Origin: an uncultured Candidatus Saccharibacteria bacterium
GTDB taxonomy: Bacteria > Patescibacteriota > Minisyncoccia > Minisyncoccales > CG1-02-41-26
DNA length: 60,242 nucleotides
Direction: 5' to 3'
Assembly (NCBI GenBank): GCA_964383715.1
Contig: CAYLHU010000001.1
Location: 17,733 to 77,974, forward strand
The position numbers and the translations under genes are program-made. Below, piece after piece: positions 59,898 through 60,242 of this stretch. The notes beneath the pieces are model-generated. The model worked only from the letters and a program-made list of their open reading frames with translations. It searched no databases and had not been told where the DNA came from. The first letter of the stretch is position 1. Each line of letters starts with the position of its first letter.

Positions 59898-60242
59898 ATG
59901 GTAATAAAAATTAATACTATTCGGCATTCTCTATCCCATATTCTCGCTTATGCGGTTCAGGAATTATATCCCGGAACCAAGTTTGGCATTGGTCCTGCTA
60001 TTGAAAATGGCTTTTATTACGATTTTGATATGATAAACTCGATTGCTTTAGATTCTTTGCCAAAAATTGAAAAAAAGATGAAAGAGCTGATTAAAAAGGA
60101 CATTAAGTTCAGAAAAAAAATCGTATCTCGAACAGAATCTAAAAAAATATTCAGGAACCAACCGTATAAATCGGAAATAATTAAGGACTTGATAAAGGGC
60201 GATGAAGCTAAAGCTTCATCTTCCCCCCTCGCTAACGCTCGG
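59898..60242 (+). CDS. thrS: Threonine--tRNA ligase, 5' part, running off the window; no N-terminal TGS domain
   Basis: I translated from the ATG at 59898: MVIKINTIRHSLSHILAYAVQELYPGTKFGIGPAIENGFYYDFD. This is the ThrRS editing-domain signature. Confidence 0.85.
   Translation, partial: MVIKINTIRHSLSHILAYAVQELYPGTKFGIGPAIENGFYYDFDMINSIALDSLPKIEKKMKELIKKDIKFRKKIVSRTESKKIFRNQPYKSEIIKDLIKGDEAKASSSPLANAR

Overview
AT-rich bacterial chromosomal window. G+C looks like roughly one third by eye; I did not compute it. Gene density is high, most genes lie on the minus strand, and the content is mainly housekeeping. The style resembles a reduced-genome Patescibacteria/CPR-like organism: minimal aaRS architectures, ribosomal proteins with low-complexity tails, and many small membrane proteins. 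That taxon call is inference only.

Recognisable genes:
- Cell wall and division: mraY (partial, absent from the ORF track), D-Ala-D-Ala carboxypeptidase, murC, and the mraZ-rsmH-ftsL-ftsI block.
- Translation: aspS, cysS, thrS (partial), rplU, rplJ-rplL, rpsP-KH-trmD, rpmF, and rpmG (absent from the ORF track).
- Replication and RNA processing: dnaX, dnaB, dnaE, rnc, nusB, rnhB, rmuC.
- Other: sufC plus sufB/D, a Ca2+ P-type ATPase next to a CaCA antiporter, a Clp-like AAA+ protein, and mltG, pcm and a DJ-1 family gene.
- Seven tRNAs: Gln, Glu, Val, Trp x2, Thr, Tyr.

Accessory content:
- A HicAB plus HipA-like mini-island bounded by three copies of a terminator/promoter module.
- A RelE-like toxin-antitoxin pair.
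- A MerR-GHKL ATPase plus STAS-like (DUF4325-like) pair.
- A duplicated tRNA-Trp unit carrying a DUF3800-like gene, next to MazG-like and isochorismatase-like genes.

The main signal that gene annotation does not explain is a pervasive family of short hairpin elements. They share an invariant GATGA...TCATC stem base, a covarying inner stem and frequent UUCG/GNRA-like loops. They are organised in mosaic arrays around tRNA genes and operon boundaries. One copy is a clean presence/absence difference between two paralogous copies of the same locus. Related sequence also runs in frame into coding regions (thrS, trmD, and different low-complexity words in murC), which recalls the Rickettsia palindromic elements.

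Other unexplained structure:
- A 161-bp tandem repeat built from CGATCG-centred palindromes.
- Dispersed CGATCG palindromes whose arms covary.
- A same-orientation cluster of DnaA-box-like motifs upstream of mraZ.
- Two small-RNA candidates bounded by a promoter and a terminator.
- TIR-bounded elements each present in two copies.
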